This document shows positions 1-15,550 of a stretch of DNA of 64,000 bases, one piece after another (the first letter of the stretch is position 1; the number at the start of each line of letters is the position of its first letter). A model generated the notes under the pieces. That model saw only the letters and a list, made by a program, of their open reading frames with translations. It did not search any database and was not told the origin of the DNA. A program made the translations under genes and the position numbers. Source of the DNA: the human T2T-CHM13v2.0 reference genome, Homo sapiens; assembly GCF_009914755.1 (NCBI RefSeq), contig NC_060934.1. One strand, written 5' to 3'.

Positions 1-1509
1 TAGGGAGGTTCAAGGGGACAGGGTGAGGAGTGGAGAAGATCTTACCTAAGGGTAGTGTGTTAGTGGAAACAAAATGCAGAAGAAAACATCCAGAGGAGTT
101 ATGAGACCTGAAAAGAGAATTTTTATAGTCATGGAGCCGCTGAGAAATATTGTGGCTATCTTAGGGGAGGAGGGCATTCTTTTGTAGAGAATAAAACTGG
201 GCGAGACCAATCAAATCGAGACCTGTTGATACAACCTGAATGTTCAGAAGTGAATACATAGAGTCTTGGAAAATTGAGAATTTTTTTATATTATTACCAC
301 TGTTCTTCATTCAAAAATACTAACATTTATTTAGCTGGGTTTCTGTTTCTTATTAACCAGATGTCTTCCCATGTCCCCTCTTTCCTATTGTATGCATATG
401 GTTGGCATCTAGTTAGTCCAGCCGCACTAACAGTATCTGGTGTCTCCAGTTCGACTGGCAGAGAGTCCATCCCTACTTATGTGGACATCCGCTGGAGGAC
501 ATTTCTATCCCTTTCTATGTAGCAAAGATGGGAAAAGGGAGCAAGGGAAATCAGTGTGTGAAATGTCAACCTCGTGGCATATTGATTTTTTGGATTTATT
601 TATTTGTACCTCTGGGAATCTCACTCATATGACACTTGGCACAATTACTCATTCAACCTTATGTACTGGGATTTTGAATGTCTTCTGTTTTTGAGCCACC
701 TGGCAATATGTCCAATATGATTGATCTTGTCATTATTTTCTTTCACTTTGAATTTATGATCTAATGATCAATTTTGTGGCCGGGGAACATTTGAAATTGA
801 GCTGATTCACTCTTCTTTTTTTCGGCCCCATTTTCCTCACGATACTCCCACTAAGACCTATGACAACCAAATCACATCTTTGGCCCGTGTAAAAAATTAA
901 TTATTAATATTAGAAATGACTATATTCTGTTATTTAATATGATTACACATAATCTGTCTTTAAAATTAAAAAAATATAATATTATGTTAATTTTATTAGA
1001 TTTCTAATAAAAATATGTCAAATGACTACAAACATCTGAATTGGTAGAATGCATAAAAATAATTTCAAAATAATATTCAACTATTAAAAATAGCTATTAA
1101 GTAGTTATTATCTGATAGACACTTTAAACTTTTTGTAAATGTTTTATTTAATCTTCATGATTGATGGGGTTCAGGACATGAGGTTTGGATAATAATACTA
1201 AAATACACAACCTCAAACTCCATAATCCTAAATGTTGAAATCCCAAAGGATCAAAATCCCTAAAGTCTAAAATCCCTAACATCTAAAATCTCAAAAATCA
1301 CAAGCACAGAATAGTTGCATCATGTTATGTGGAACTATTCCTTTGGTATTGCCTTTATTTATATAAATTAAGTATGGTTTAAAAAGATGCCTCTGGGTGC
1401 CAAGTTGACAAGGTGTAGACTTATGGACTTAATTTGAGGTGCCAACTTGACTGGATTAAGAAATGCCTAGAAACCTCATAAAACATCATTTAGGGTATCT
1501 GTGAGGGTG

Positions 1510-2057
1510 TGTATTAGTCAGAGTTCTCTAGAGGGACAGAACTAATAGGGTATCTGTATATATGAAAGGGAGTTTATTAAGGAGAATTGACTCACACAAT
1601 CACAAGGTAACATCCCACCATAGGCTGTCTGCAAGTTGAGGAACAAGGAAGCCAGTGGCAGATCAGTCCAAGTCCCAAATCCTCAAAAGAAGGGAAGCCA
1701 ACAGTGCAGCCTTCAGTTTGTGGCCAAAAGCCTGAGAGCCCCTGACAAACTACTGGTGTAAGGCCAAGAATCCAAAAGCTGAAGAACTTGGAGTCTGATG
1801 TTCGAGGGAGGAAGCATCCAGCATGGGAGAAAAATTAAGCCTGGAAGTCTGCTCTTCCATCTTCTCCTGCCTGCTTTATTCTAGCCTCACTGGCAGCTGA
1901 TTAGATGGTGCCCACCTAGATTGAGGGTGGGTCTGCCTCTCCCAGTCCACTGACTCAAATGTTAATCTCATTTGGCAGCACCCTTACAGATACACCCAGG
2001 TAGGATACTTTGCATCCTTCAATCCAATCAAGTTGACACTCAATATTAACCATCACA
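1510..2057 (-). mobile_element. MLT2A-type solo LTR
   Basis: Ends tgtattagtcagagttctctag... and ...caatattaaccatcaca; perfect 5 bp TSD gggtg (1505-1509, 2058-2062). Confidence 0.9.
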
Positions 2058-2415
2058 GGGTGTTTCCAAGGGAGATCAGTGCATGAGTCCAAGTGGATTA
2101 AATGGGAAAGTATCCCCTCAATGTTGTTGGGTACCATCCTACTGGCTTGTGGCTGGGAGAGAACAAATACAGAAGGTGAACTTGTCTCTCTCTGAGAGGT
2201 GGGACAGACATTTCTTCTGCTAACTTGGACATCAGAACTCCAGGCTCACCACCCTTTGAACTCTAGGACTTGCACCAGGGGCCCACAGGGTCCTGCAGCT
2301 TTTGGCATCCCAGGGTCTCCAGCTTGTGGATGGCCTGTAGTGGGACTTCTCAGCCACTGTAATTTCATGAGCCAACTCCTTTAATAAATCCTCTCTCATA
2401 TTTTTGTACACATAG

Positions 2416-3359
2416 TGATACAGGAGCTGGAAAGAAATTATTTGGGTAGCTCGTCAGGGTAAGAGAGTCCTTGGTAAGGTTTCCCTACTAACAAAAGCAG
2501 CACCCAAATAATTTCTTTTCTAACAAACAGCAGCCTGTAAAGTCAAGCTGCAGACATAGAAAAGCAAGCTGGAAGCTTGCATGGGTGAATGCCAGCAGCT
2601 AAGCCAATAGGAAGAGGCTACCTGGGCGCCAGGCATGTTCGAGGAGGCTTTATCTTCCCTTTTCTTTGTCAACCACAAAGAAACAGGCAACATGGTGCAG
2701 GCCAGGTAGAGAGTCTATTTGCATAATAAAAGATTAGGGTGGAGTGGCCAGCTTCTTCGAGCCCTATGTAAATGGAACACCTGGTTCGACGGATCTTTTG
2801 GGCCCCGTAAATCAGGCACCGCCTCCTCAAGCTCTTCTATAAAACCCCCTGCAATTCACCAGGGAACTGGAAGACCCACTAGAGAGCCCCTCTCTAGTGA
2901 GGGGCTCTAGTGAGGAGAGAGAGCCTGTCTCTTTTCTCTTGCCTATTAAACCTCCACTCTTTTTTTTCTTTTTGAGATGTAGTCTTGCACTGTCTCCCTG
3001 CCTGGTGTTGCAGCAGGGTGATCTTGGCTCACTGCAACTTCCGCCTCCTGGATTCAAGTGACTTTCCTGCCTCAGCCTCCTGAGTAGCTAGGATTACAGG
3101 CTCCTGCCACCACGCCCAGCTAATTTTTTGTATTTTTAGTAGAGACAGGGTTTCACTATGTTGGCCAGGCTGGTCTCAAACTCCTGACCTCATGATCCAC
3201 CCACCTCAGCCTCCCAAAGTGCTGGGATTACAGGCGTGAGCCACTGCGCCCGGCCAAACCTCCAGTCTTAAACTCACTTCTTGTGTGTCTGTGTCCTCGA
3301 TTTCCTTGGTGTGAGATGTCAAAGCTCAGTTATTTACCCCAGACAATGACACCACTTCA
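2416..3359 (+). mobile_element. ERV1-class solo LTR (LTR9-like)
   Basis: TG...CA termini (tgatacaggagc...accacttca); 4 bp TSD atag (2412-2415, 3360-3363); tataaaa and attaaa signals. Subfamily tentative. Confidence 0.8.
2961..3255 (-). mobile_element. AluS
   Basis: Full Alu; TSD aaacctcca(c/g)tct at 2948-2960 and 3256-3268. Confidence 0.95.
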
Positions 3360-3454
3360 ATAGCTTATTGGTTCTATCTTCCTAGAGATACTTGACTAAA
3401 CTGGTATTGGGGAAATGTAATAGCATTCTTTCTTACTGTATTTCTTACAGCACA

Positions 3455-5190
<1,736 letters not shown>

Positions 5191-6109
5191 CTGTAATACA
5201 CTTATTCATATGTAACATTTTCTTTTTTCTTTTCTTTTTTCAGTGTTTTTAACAGTATTTTAATTGTCAGCATGAATTTTTACTCTGCATTTTATCTTCC
5301 TATCCTGTGTATTTCATGTCTGCATCATTTCTATTACTGGAGACACCAATTGTGTAGAGACTTTTAGGGAGTTCTAATTCGTTTTATGCATTTTTTTGCA
5401 AGTCTGACTCCATAAAAGTGCATTATCACAATGTTTACTTTGGGTGTAAGCGTTGTGCATGTATCTAAAAATGTTGAAACTTCCTCAATAAATACAGAGG
5501 TGTCCTTTTTGTACATCAGCATTTGTGAAAAATAAGATTTCTCAAGATCTCAACTTTTTGGATGACTGCATATGTGATGGTGATCTATCATGCTTTTTGA
5601 TTGATCTCATCAAAAAACAGGTTGTTCCTCATGGTATTTTAGATCACCGCAGTTATAAAGTTGGGTGCACCCAACTACCAGCCATAGTGACATGTATTTA
5701 TACATTTTCCTTTTTGGCCTATTTCTTTATGGATATGGTTAATCTGTTCATAACTGATATACTCATGTGACTGTCATTAGATCTGAGTGTTTATACATGC
5801 AAAAACTAGGTATGTTATTATCACCTCTTCTACTGTGCAAAGGGGCCTGTGTTTTTGTATGTTTCTCAAATAAATCTCCCTATAAAAGTACAAATATGTA
5901 TGTTTTGAAGAATTTTGTATTATTCTTCCCAGAATTATATTTTCAGGATTTTGATCTTTCAGGATTTCAACCTTTGAGATTACAGCTCTAGTATTGCATC
6001 TTTGGGGATTATAATTGTCTCCTGTTCAAAAGTTCTATAGAATTGGTGAATATGGGAGGGTAAAAGAAGGCCAGAGTAGCTGGAAATGAAAGAGGGAGAG
6101 CATGGGACT

Positions 6110-6970
6110 GGGACTGCACTTAGTAGGCTACGAATCAATAATTTCTCTTTAGCTAAGTGCAATCAAAAATCACTGTAGTAATTAAGGAGGGGCTGATTTA
6201 ATGACATCTGTACAAACGAGTTGGAGATAAGGTGGAGCGGAAATAGTGAGGACATTTAAGAATCTATGATTGCAGTTCAGGTGAGACTTGTGGTTACGTA
6301 GACAAGGGAGAGGACAATGCTGGGAAGAGATGGACTCATTTGACAGACTGTCAGAAGAGAAAATAGATAGGACTTGTGCTACATTATTATTAGAGGTAAG
6401 GGTGATATTAAAAATGGCATCAATTATTGTGTCTTGCATAAGTTAATAGATAGCAGTTCCATTTAGAGATAGGAATCTTTGAAAGGGCACCAGGTCACAA
6501 CCAGGTTGAAGTGGGTGATTCCATGAGTAATAATGTGTCTCATTTTAGATGTGTTGAGTTTGAGTTTGATTTGCTTTTTAAATAATCAAAGTACCACAGC
6601 CGCATTGTTGGACATATGATCTAAGCTTAAACAGAAGTTCTGAAATGAAGTTTATATCTATAAATATCATCTGTATATAGATAGAAATTAAAACTAATGA
6701 TATAAAAGGTAACACTGCAAGATGGGAAATGAAATCAGAAAATGAGAGAGCCCAGTACTGTGGCTGGGAGCATGCAAGCATTTTACGTGGGTGGTGAAGG
6801 CAAAGCTTGACAGAGGTATAGAGAAAGAGTGCTCAAAATAGTAGGAGACAAGGACAGGAACATGTTGGTTTAGATAACCAACATAAGTAAGTGATTTTCA
6901 AGAGACAGTTCATAGTGTCAGTTGCTACTATGAAATCAGGTAAGATGAGGACCGAAGGTGACCTACCTGT
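6110..6970 (-). mobile_element. L2 fragments
   Basis: Degenerate L2 motifs (ttttagatgtgttgagtttgag, ttggacatatgatct). Boundaries approximate. Confidence 0.55.
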
Positions 6971-7561
6971 TGAATAAGGTGGTATAAGTCAGGTAGAAGA
7001 AAGACTGAGACATCTGAAGAATAACCTGATATCTTTTATTCATAAACTTCTATAATTTGCTTTTCCATTTTACAATAAACTTGTGAAGATACTTCCATGT
7101 TGTTAAATACTTTTCTAGCAGAGTTCTACCATAGTTTATTAAATGCATTTCATATTGCTGGCCATTCCAACTTTTTTGCTACTATAAAGAATCTTATAAT
7201 GACCACCCCTGCAGCTATGTCTTTATGAATATGATTATGTCCCTGAGGCACATTTCTAGAAGTGTAATTGCTAGGTTAAAAGTTTTTCAATTTTTTTCTA
7301 AATATAGGGTTATATAATCACTGGAATGTTATTGCCAAATCAGTGCATGTCTAAGTTTGCACAGTCTACTAATGTTTCTTCCCTGAGGAACTAAGTAAGC
7401 CTAAGTGATTACCCACGTTTATTATCGTTTAGCCCATATACGCCTCTGAGATTGGTTTTAGTTGAACAACTGTATAAATCTTTAATCTCTGAAAACGATA
7501 AATTGCTAATATTTAGTTAGTACTTACTATGCATCACACATTCTTTTAAGAAAGTACATGA

Positions 7562-7840
<279 letters not shown>

Positions 7841-9100
7841 AACATAATAGATAGATCATAATTTAATTCTGTTAAGAATCCTCTCTTTTCCTTTCATTAT
7901 TTTTCTTTTGATATTAAATAAAGATAGAGTTAGACTGTTTTTGCTCAGTAGGTTGGGTAAATTCTCATGTTCAACTTCAAGCAAAGGTTCTAGCAGATAT
8001 AAGCTCAAGTAATGGGGGCATCCTATGAGAATGGACTATGAAATGAATCAGTAGAAGGGAGTGTGTTTGTTCTATGGATCCCACAATCATATGACAAATG
8101 TACATATATCACCAGGTCATGGTAATACCCAAATATCAGGGGAAAGTTCATATAAAAATTTTTGCCAGTGTTTTTCCATATAAAATTCTTTCTGCTGTTC
8201 AAAATTATTGGAAAATGGAGATTGCAATTTCCACTATGAATGAGGAAGAGAAGAGGAGAAAGAGAAGGCAAAGAGGAGAAAGAAGAGAAGGAGGAGGAGA
8301 CAAAGAAATTGAGGAAGGGGACTTGTTTTACTCTAAGTACATTAATTATAAAGAAAAATAAAATAAAATGGGTAAGGGATACAGCAACATTTTTTTCCAA
8401 CAAGGAAAGATAGTTCAGAGTACGATAATTTCTTCTAAAGAATGTGTTTATTATCCCTGATGGAGGCCAAAGTTGAAAAGCAAGCAGATGGCTTTCAATT
8501 CTACACAGGATCCACACCTCTCCACATTGGTAGTTACAGTATTTAGGGAGAGGGTCTTTAGTGAATAAAGTAAATGAGATACTTGGATGGCATGGAGATA
8601 CAGACTAATAGTTTTTTGCCAAGCACTTGAAAAACAGAAGATGTTTTAAATATATCCTGTCTAAAATAGAAATCAAAAAATTGTTTTAAATACCACCATA
8701 ATAAATTAGACTCTAAAGTCTTTATGATAATTATAGCAAAAAGCTTCTGAGGTTAGTTGCTACAAGATATATCTAGTTGATTAGTAGTAAGGAGCAGTGC
8801 TTCAGGGCGTGCATCTCATTGTGGTATTATCAAAACTGTCTCAACCACACATTCACATCTCTCTTCTTCTCAGGTTTCCAAGTCGGAAACGGAGTCCTGA
8901 ATTTTGAAAAACTGCATAATTTGTTTTCTTAGCATCATGCAAGAACATGTTACTTTATTTGCTCTATATTTCTTTATTGATTATTTGTTTGGGTTCAGTG
9001 TGCTTTCCATAGTTGTTTTCCTTTATTGGAATTTCCGTGACACGTAGGAATCATCATATTTATGGGAATTTGAGGATGTCTGTCTCTTTGTTTTAATTTC

Positions 9101-9478
9101 TCTTTAAATTTTTTTTATTTCCAGAGTTTGAAGGGGAACGGGTGATGTTTGATTGCATGGAAAAGTGCTTTAGTGGTGATTTCTGAGATTTTGGCGCACC
9201 CATCACCTGAGCAGTGTACACTGTATCCAATGCATAGTAAATAGTGATAAATACAGGAAAATCCTACTTGGGAAGTCTTCTTTTTTCTATTTGTTTCTTT
9301 CTTAAATTTTTGTTTTAATAGTTTTGGGGGAACACTGATGTTTGATTGCATGGAAAAGTGCATCAGTGGTGATTTCTGCAATTTTGGTGCACCCATCACC
9401 TGAGCAGCGTACGCTGAAACCATTGTGTAGTAAACAGTAAATGGTAAATACAGGAAACCACTACTTGGGGACCTCTTT
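9101..9478 (-). repeat. Diverged ~198 bp tandem duplication containing an L1PB-type 3' end
   Basis: Two copies of tgatgtttgattgcatggaaaagtgc..agtggtgatttctg..attttgg.gcacccatcacctgagcag.gtac.ctg, each followed by taaatacaggaaa...ctacttggg. Confidence 0.85.
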
Positions 9479-10966
9479 GACTTGTCTGTAAAATGGAGGA
9501 ATTTGATTATATTTTATCTAAGTTCCCTTCCAGCTTGAAAATAATACGATACTTATTGCTTTTTCTTTCTACCCTTTAAAAAAAAACTATTGCTTTTATT
9601 CACTTATGATATAAAAGTGTGGTGTATAGTTCCCAATCTAGAGTTTCAGCTTGTTCAGGCTCCATTTAGAGGTATTAAGGCCTGACTGATTTGCAATGTA
9701 ATGGTATTCCAGGTATAACTCATTCAATCAATAACAGAAATTGAAAGGCAGTTTCTGAATCTTATATGTATATATGCACGTATATACTTCACACACTAAT
9801 ACTAACATTATGATGAAATGTGTGATTACTACACTTGTCCCATAACTCAAAATTGGCCTAATCACAATTTACATTACTTATTTATGTTGATACAGTTCTA
9901 AAGATATTTGACCTATATTTTGCATTTCCTTCAAAGGACAAATTCACTGAGGTTTATATTGCCATTCTCAGTATCAAATAAAAATAAATTGCTTGCCTTT
10001 CATCTGTACATTCATCTTGTGAACATTTGCAAGCAGAGAGACTTCCTTATATAGTGAATAGGGTTGGTTTTCTTCCTAATAACATTCTGTGAAACTGAAT
10101 TTGGTTGCATAATTTCAAATACAGCAGAAATAAGATGAATCTTATCTTTCCTATTCTGAGAGAAGTAAAATTGTTAATCCTCTGTGCAACAGAGTTAAAT
10201 GGAAATATTCAGACTGGGAGAAACTGTAATTCCAGTGGCTGGAAATACATTCATTCTGATTTCCTTCCTGGCTATGCTACTGACATTTTAAGTGACCTGA
10301 AGTAAATCATACATATGCATAACTTCCCTTTAGTAAGTGAATATTACTACTGAACCTCACAGAACTTTGTATAAGTTGTTAATTGTTGAGAGCCAAGTAC
10401 ATGAAGGCTGCTATAGAATTTTATTTGTCTTATAATCAGTTTTTAAAAAATCAGGAATTAGAAACAGACTATTTCACAGTACTGTTTTGTATAAACCATG
10501 GTTTTTCCTTACTGTTTCTTTCCTGCCACCTCAAGATTCTGCTCTATGGACCGTTTTAGAGCAAGACATTAGCAGTGAAAATGTTGTGAAAAATATAAGG
10601 TACACAATAAGTAAAAAACCTTAATATCATCCATTTCTAAATATGGTATAATTATAAAACAAAAGTTTATTATGGTTTCTAGAAATGAAATTAGTAATCT
10701 CGGGAGGGGTTCTCCGTCAAAGAAAGCTTCTAGTCACAATTTCTTCTTCAGAAAAAGCATGCTGTTGGAGATAACGGGAGGCATCACTTTTACAATAAAT
10801 TTCTAGCCTTAAGTGTTCAACTTTGGTAAATCATAAAGGCTTTAGGACATGGCTTCACCAACTATTTAAGCTCAAATTCAAGGGCACTGGAATTTGTTTT
10901 TCCAAGTCAAGTCAGATGCACAAATAAGGAGAACATGAGAGGCCACAGAGGCAGTAGATATCCCAG

Positions 10967-11310
10967 TGATATGGTTTGGCTGTGTCCCCACCCAAATCTC
11001 ATCTTGGGTTGTAGCTCCCATAATTCCCACGTATTGTGGGAGGGACCCAATGGGAGATAATTGAATCATGGGGGGCGGTTTCCCCCATACTGTTCTCATG
11101 GTAGTCAATAAGTTTTACAAGATCCCATAGTTTTAATTGGGAGTTTCCCTGCACAAGCTATCTTGCCTGCCACCATGTAAGACATGCCTTTGGTCTTCCT
11201 TTGCCTTCTGCCATGATTGTGAGGCCTCCCCAGCCATGTGGAACTGTGAGTCCATTAAACCTCTTTCCTTTATAAATTACACAGTCTTGAGGTGAGAACA
11301 GACTAGCACA
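10967..11310 (+). mobile_element. THE1 (MaLR) solo LTR
   Basis: tgatatggtttggctgtgtccccacccaaatctcatc...gagaacagactagcaca; TSD cccag on both sides. Confidence 0.92.
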
Positions 11311-11559
11311 CCCAGTAACAGTCCCCTTGTCTGCATGTGTAATCTGTAGAATGGTGTCACTGTGTCATCTCTAGAAGAATAGTGGCATTGAAGGCCTGTG
11401 TGTGGGCACTGTACTGGGTTTTCACCAAGTCCTGCACCTTCAGGAAAAAGCCCTTTTGTTACAAAATGAAACGGCTTATTTTTCTGTCCATATCCTATTA
11501 ACCTCTCAGGAGTGCTTGATGTTTTTTTTTTTTTTTTTTGTCCCCTGGTCATGAAGCGC

Positions 11560-12760
11560 CAATTTCCTTGGCTTTTCTGACAACACAGTCTCCTGATTTT
11601 GCTCCTAACTCTATGACTGCTCCTTCTCAGGCCTTTTATCCTCTTTCTCCATGGATTATTTCTCTACAACCTCACACCCAAGGAATATACTAATATGCTG
11701 CTAACCCCAAAGACTAGGCAGCCAGTCCATTCCATTTATCCAGGCTTAGATCCACCCTACCAGCTGCCCATCCACTCTGATATCCTGCAGCCACCTCAAA
11801 CTCAAGGTGTTCATTAATCTGGCCAAATTGCTCCTTTCTCCTGCCCTTCATCAATCATGAATTTATTCTTGCATTCAGTATCCAAGTGAACAGCCTCCCT
11901 TACCGCCTCACAACACAGGTGCCCTCCTTCTCCTTTACCTCTTACCAATTCTACCAGTAGATCACAGACCACTGTCAACCCTTCCTCCTAAGTTTATCTG
12001 TAAAGCAGATCAAAGACAGAGCTCTGGAGCTCTTAGAACTTCCTGGTTTTAAATCCCAGCTTTTTGCCTTTTTGGAACTCCTGAGTTTGAGCTGATCTTC
12101 TCCTTAAACTTGCATTTCCTCATTTTTTACATAATAAAATAGTACTTATATTTATAGAATTTTGTATGTGTAACAAGACCCTACACGGAAAGCATTGAGT
12201 GTAGCACATACATGTGAGCTATTCTTATGACTAATTCCTGTTCTCCATCCTACCCCAGTCCTTCCCTCCATCTCCAGGCTTTTCTCATGGAGTCACTGTA
12301 ACAGCTTTCCCATTGATCTCCTGTCTTGAGTCTCCTCCGAGATCCAACCTGTCCTCTCACTGCAGTCAAAGTGGTCCTTTCAAAAATGGAAAGATACTGT
12401 GCTCCTCCAAGCTTCCTACCCTTCAGTAACTTCTTTTTGGTTTTCAGATCCATGCAGCTCCTTACCATGGTGCACCAGACCCTTCAGCTCCTGGATCTTG
12501 CCTACCATTCCAGGTTCAACTCAGGTCACCTCCATTTTATTCTGCCTGCCTCTGCTGTACTGAAATTTCTGCTTCTAGAATTTGCCATGCTTTTTCTTCC
12601 CAAACATGCTATGTCAGGAACATTCTCTTTTCTTTCCTACTTACCCAGGCAAATCCTACACGTCCTTCCCCTTAGTTCTTTTTCCCTATTTTAATTAGGT
12701 GTCCTGCTGCATGTTCTCATAGTACCAGCATTTATTACAGCACTTATCTTGTGGTTATGG
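11560..12760 (+). mobile_element. L2 fragments with an embedded MIR (~12010-12220)
   Basis: Pyrimidine-rich L2 motifs (cacctcaaactcaa, ctcactgcagtcaaagtggtcctttcaaaa) and MIR-like core; approximate. Confidence 0.55.
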
Positions 12761-15409
12761 ATTTTTTTTAAAACAATCTCTCTCTTGAGACTGTTCTGTT
12801 CAGCTTCTATCTCCTGTGACTAACCAATGTCTTACACGAAGCAGCATTCTCTTATGCAGAATAAATGGCCTCCAGGGGTAATACAACATGTTTTCAGGCT
12901 TGTTCCCTCCATGAGGCTTCCAAGATAGATTTTCCAAAGCTGGTCTCCCCAGAGACATACATGGACGGGCTTCTAGGAATGTATGACCCTTATGCCCCTG
13001 TGATTTAAACATTATTTTTGTTATACTTATCCTCTTTGTTATTTATGCCATTTTTCTCTTTTGCCAGTGAGGAAACTGAGGGGAAGACAAAAAGTTGAGT
13101 GACTTTGAATCATTCATCTAAGTAGAAGACAGATGCCTTGCCTCTAGTTCATTAGCGAGGAGAGGAAAAACAAAAAGAAGCTTTAATACAGTAGGTACTA
13201 AGAACACCTCTGTCTTGAGCAGATTTAGACCTGCGTGGCTTATTTGGGTTTAGGGGTGGTGAAAGAAAGCAGCATTGACACCCACAGGGTCCTGTACTGA
13301 GAGTGGGAACAATGTTGCCAAAGGCAACAGCCTTTGCAAGTGACGAGGGAGGAAAGAGAAAACAGATCAGTGTCTTTAGCAATAACAACACATGTATAGC
13401 ACAGCGCCGAGACAAGTGAGTCAGAAACACAAGTGTTTAAGAGGCGTATTCCTCAAGAGAATCCTTTTATATGCTTTAAATAATTCTTAAGTGTGAAATG
13501 CAAGTTATGCTTGAGCTGCATGTTAGGTATTTTTTCCCTAAAAACCCTCAGACTCCGTTTGAGGACAAACTCTGCATTTCTTATTACTTAACTAGAAGAG
13601 AATATTTTAGATAATCTTCAGCTCCGTTAAACATCAGCACTGACTAAAAAAGTGTATGCCTAGGTGGGTGTTGATTAATGGTGCTAAGAACACTTTGTGT
13701 GGGATTTTATGCTAATTACCCTTTATACCCTAACCCATGTCAATTTTAACAATCTAAATTAGCATTTTCTCCTAGGACTCAAGAATGTGAGAATTGTGAA
13801 ATTGGCTCAGTAAGCTGAGTTAGCAGTGAGAAAATTGAGATGTTCTATATTTCCATATTAACATCTGCTGCTTGTTCAAAGCGTGATCCTTCCAAAATGA
13901 TGAAGATATTGAAAGAAAAATGAACGGGGATAGGAGCGTTACTATACACTTTATATTTTTTAAAAAGTGCAATATTTGACATTGTCATCAACAGTTCCAG
14001 CTAATAATGCCTGGAATAATGGAGTTTTAGTACACAATGTTTGAGAAATTGATCATATTATTGTTGACAAATATTTTAGCTTCTCTGCTATTTGTGGCAC
14101 TTACATAACAGAACAAACTGTCAAAGACAATCGGTTATGAAAAATATCAGGTTAAATCACAATAATAATTAACTTTTATTTTGTTTGTTTTTGAAATAGC
14201 TTAAGTAAGTAGCACAGGCATTTTCAGATGATGCTTTATAAAATAAAATACCAAAGTCAAACTCTTCAGGAGCAAGATTTATAGTAACCTTCTATCCCAT
14301 AAACTAGAATGTGGACTTGGACATTTAAAAATCGGAAGCATATAAGCGTTAGTCGTAAACTGCATGGAGAAGTCTCTTTCCCCATTATCTTAATGGTCTC
14401 ATCTAGATTTGTAAACTATCCAGTTTCTTGTTGTTATAACCTGAAGGACCTAAGATATATACAACAGTGTTAAGAGGACATGGTATTAGAAGCAAAACTG
14501 CTCAGCTTCAGAGGAGGATTCAGCTGCTACTAAGCCAAGGTCCAGCCAAGTGGTGGCTTGGCTGTGCAGATATTGTGGTGACACCTGAACCACATAATAA
14601 ACAGTTCTCAGGTCACAGTTAATATAATATATGTATCCAAAATTATCTGAGTTGTTCCCTATATCCAAAACGTGTTCACTGCTGACAGGTTTTGAAATCT
14701 GGATTCAAGTTAATTTGGATTATTAGTTAGTTGTTCTAGTTTCCCCAGCATTCTGGGGATTACTCTAGTGGGGAGCAAGTCCTCTCTATCTCCCCAGTTT
14801 CCAGTGGTAGAAACAAATTTAGAGAGAATGGCTGCCTCACTAGAAACTGATCTAAGAGCTGTGCAAGAGACTGCAGAGAGGTTTGTGTGGGCTACTTTCT
14901 GCTCCTTGGAGTTTCCTGGAGGACCCACTGACTCAATGAGGAGTGGAAGGCCAGGCCCTGTGCATGAGGGTGGGTGACACTTTGGGCAGTGTTCAGGTGG
15001 GCTACACTCTGACATTCCCTCATTTTCCCTTGTCAACAAAATCACTTGCTGCTTCCCTCCTCTCCTAGGAATGTCCTTCCCGGTTGAAACTTCCTCTATT
15101 CTTTAAAATCACTTTCTTATTTCCCAGCAATATGTTCATAGCCCTGTGGATTTTACCACCATACAGTTACAATAGAAGTAATTTAGATCATACCAAAACT
15201 TAATTCAAGACCAATTTTGAAGACTAAATGTGAGTGTGGCAGAGGGGAAAACAGCTAGAGTATTTTAGGAGCATCTCCATCTGTAATGATCATACTTGAG
15301 CATCACAAAATGTATTTAACACAGGCAACAGGTCCATTAGAGAAGATGGACCATTTTCACCCATCCCACAAACATGCATACTGCATTTAATTTTACTCCC
15401 AAAGGACAG

Positions 15410-15550
15410 CAGTCTTTTCAAACCAGAATAATCTGGATTCAAATCTAGTTTCTGCCACTTAATAGTTTCAAGAGCTGGAGCAGTTACTTAGTCCCTTTGG
15501 GTTTCACTCTCATCATCTGTAAAGCGGGCATAATGTTGTGAAGATTATGT
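15410..15550 (+). mobile_element. MIR
   Basis: ggattcaaatctagtttctgccacttaatag...ctcatcatctgtaaagcgggcataat. Confidence 0.7.

Larger units (their letters stand above)
1425..3400 (+). mobile_element. MLT2 (ERVL) LTR passenger in three pieces (~1425-1509, 2058-2415, 3360-3400)
   Basis: ttaatttgaggtgccaacttgactggattaag... start; ...aataaatcctctctcata; cttattggttctatcttcctagagatacttgactaa end. The pieces join across the TSDs of the nested LTRs. Confidence 0.7.

Noticed and set aside
8023-8517. 164 aa ORF
   Set aside because: Driven by a low-complexity GA/CT tract; no domain recognised.
13417-13423. AP-1 motifs (also 14929, 25168, 37277)
   Set aside because: Several 7-mer matches are expected by chance in 64 kb.
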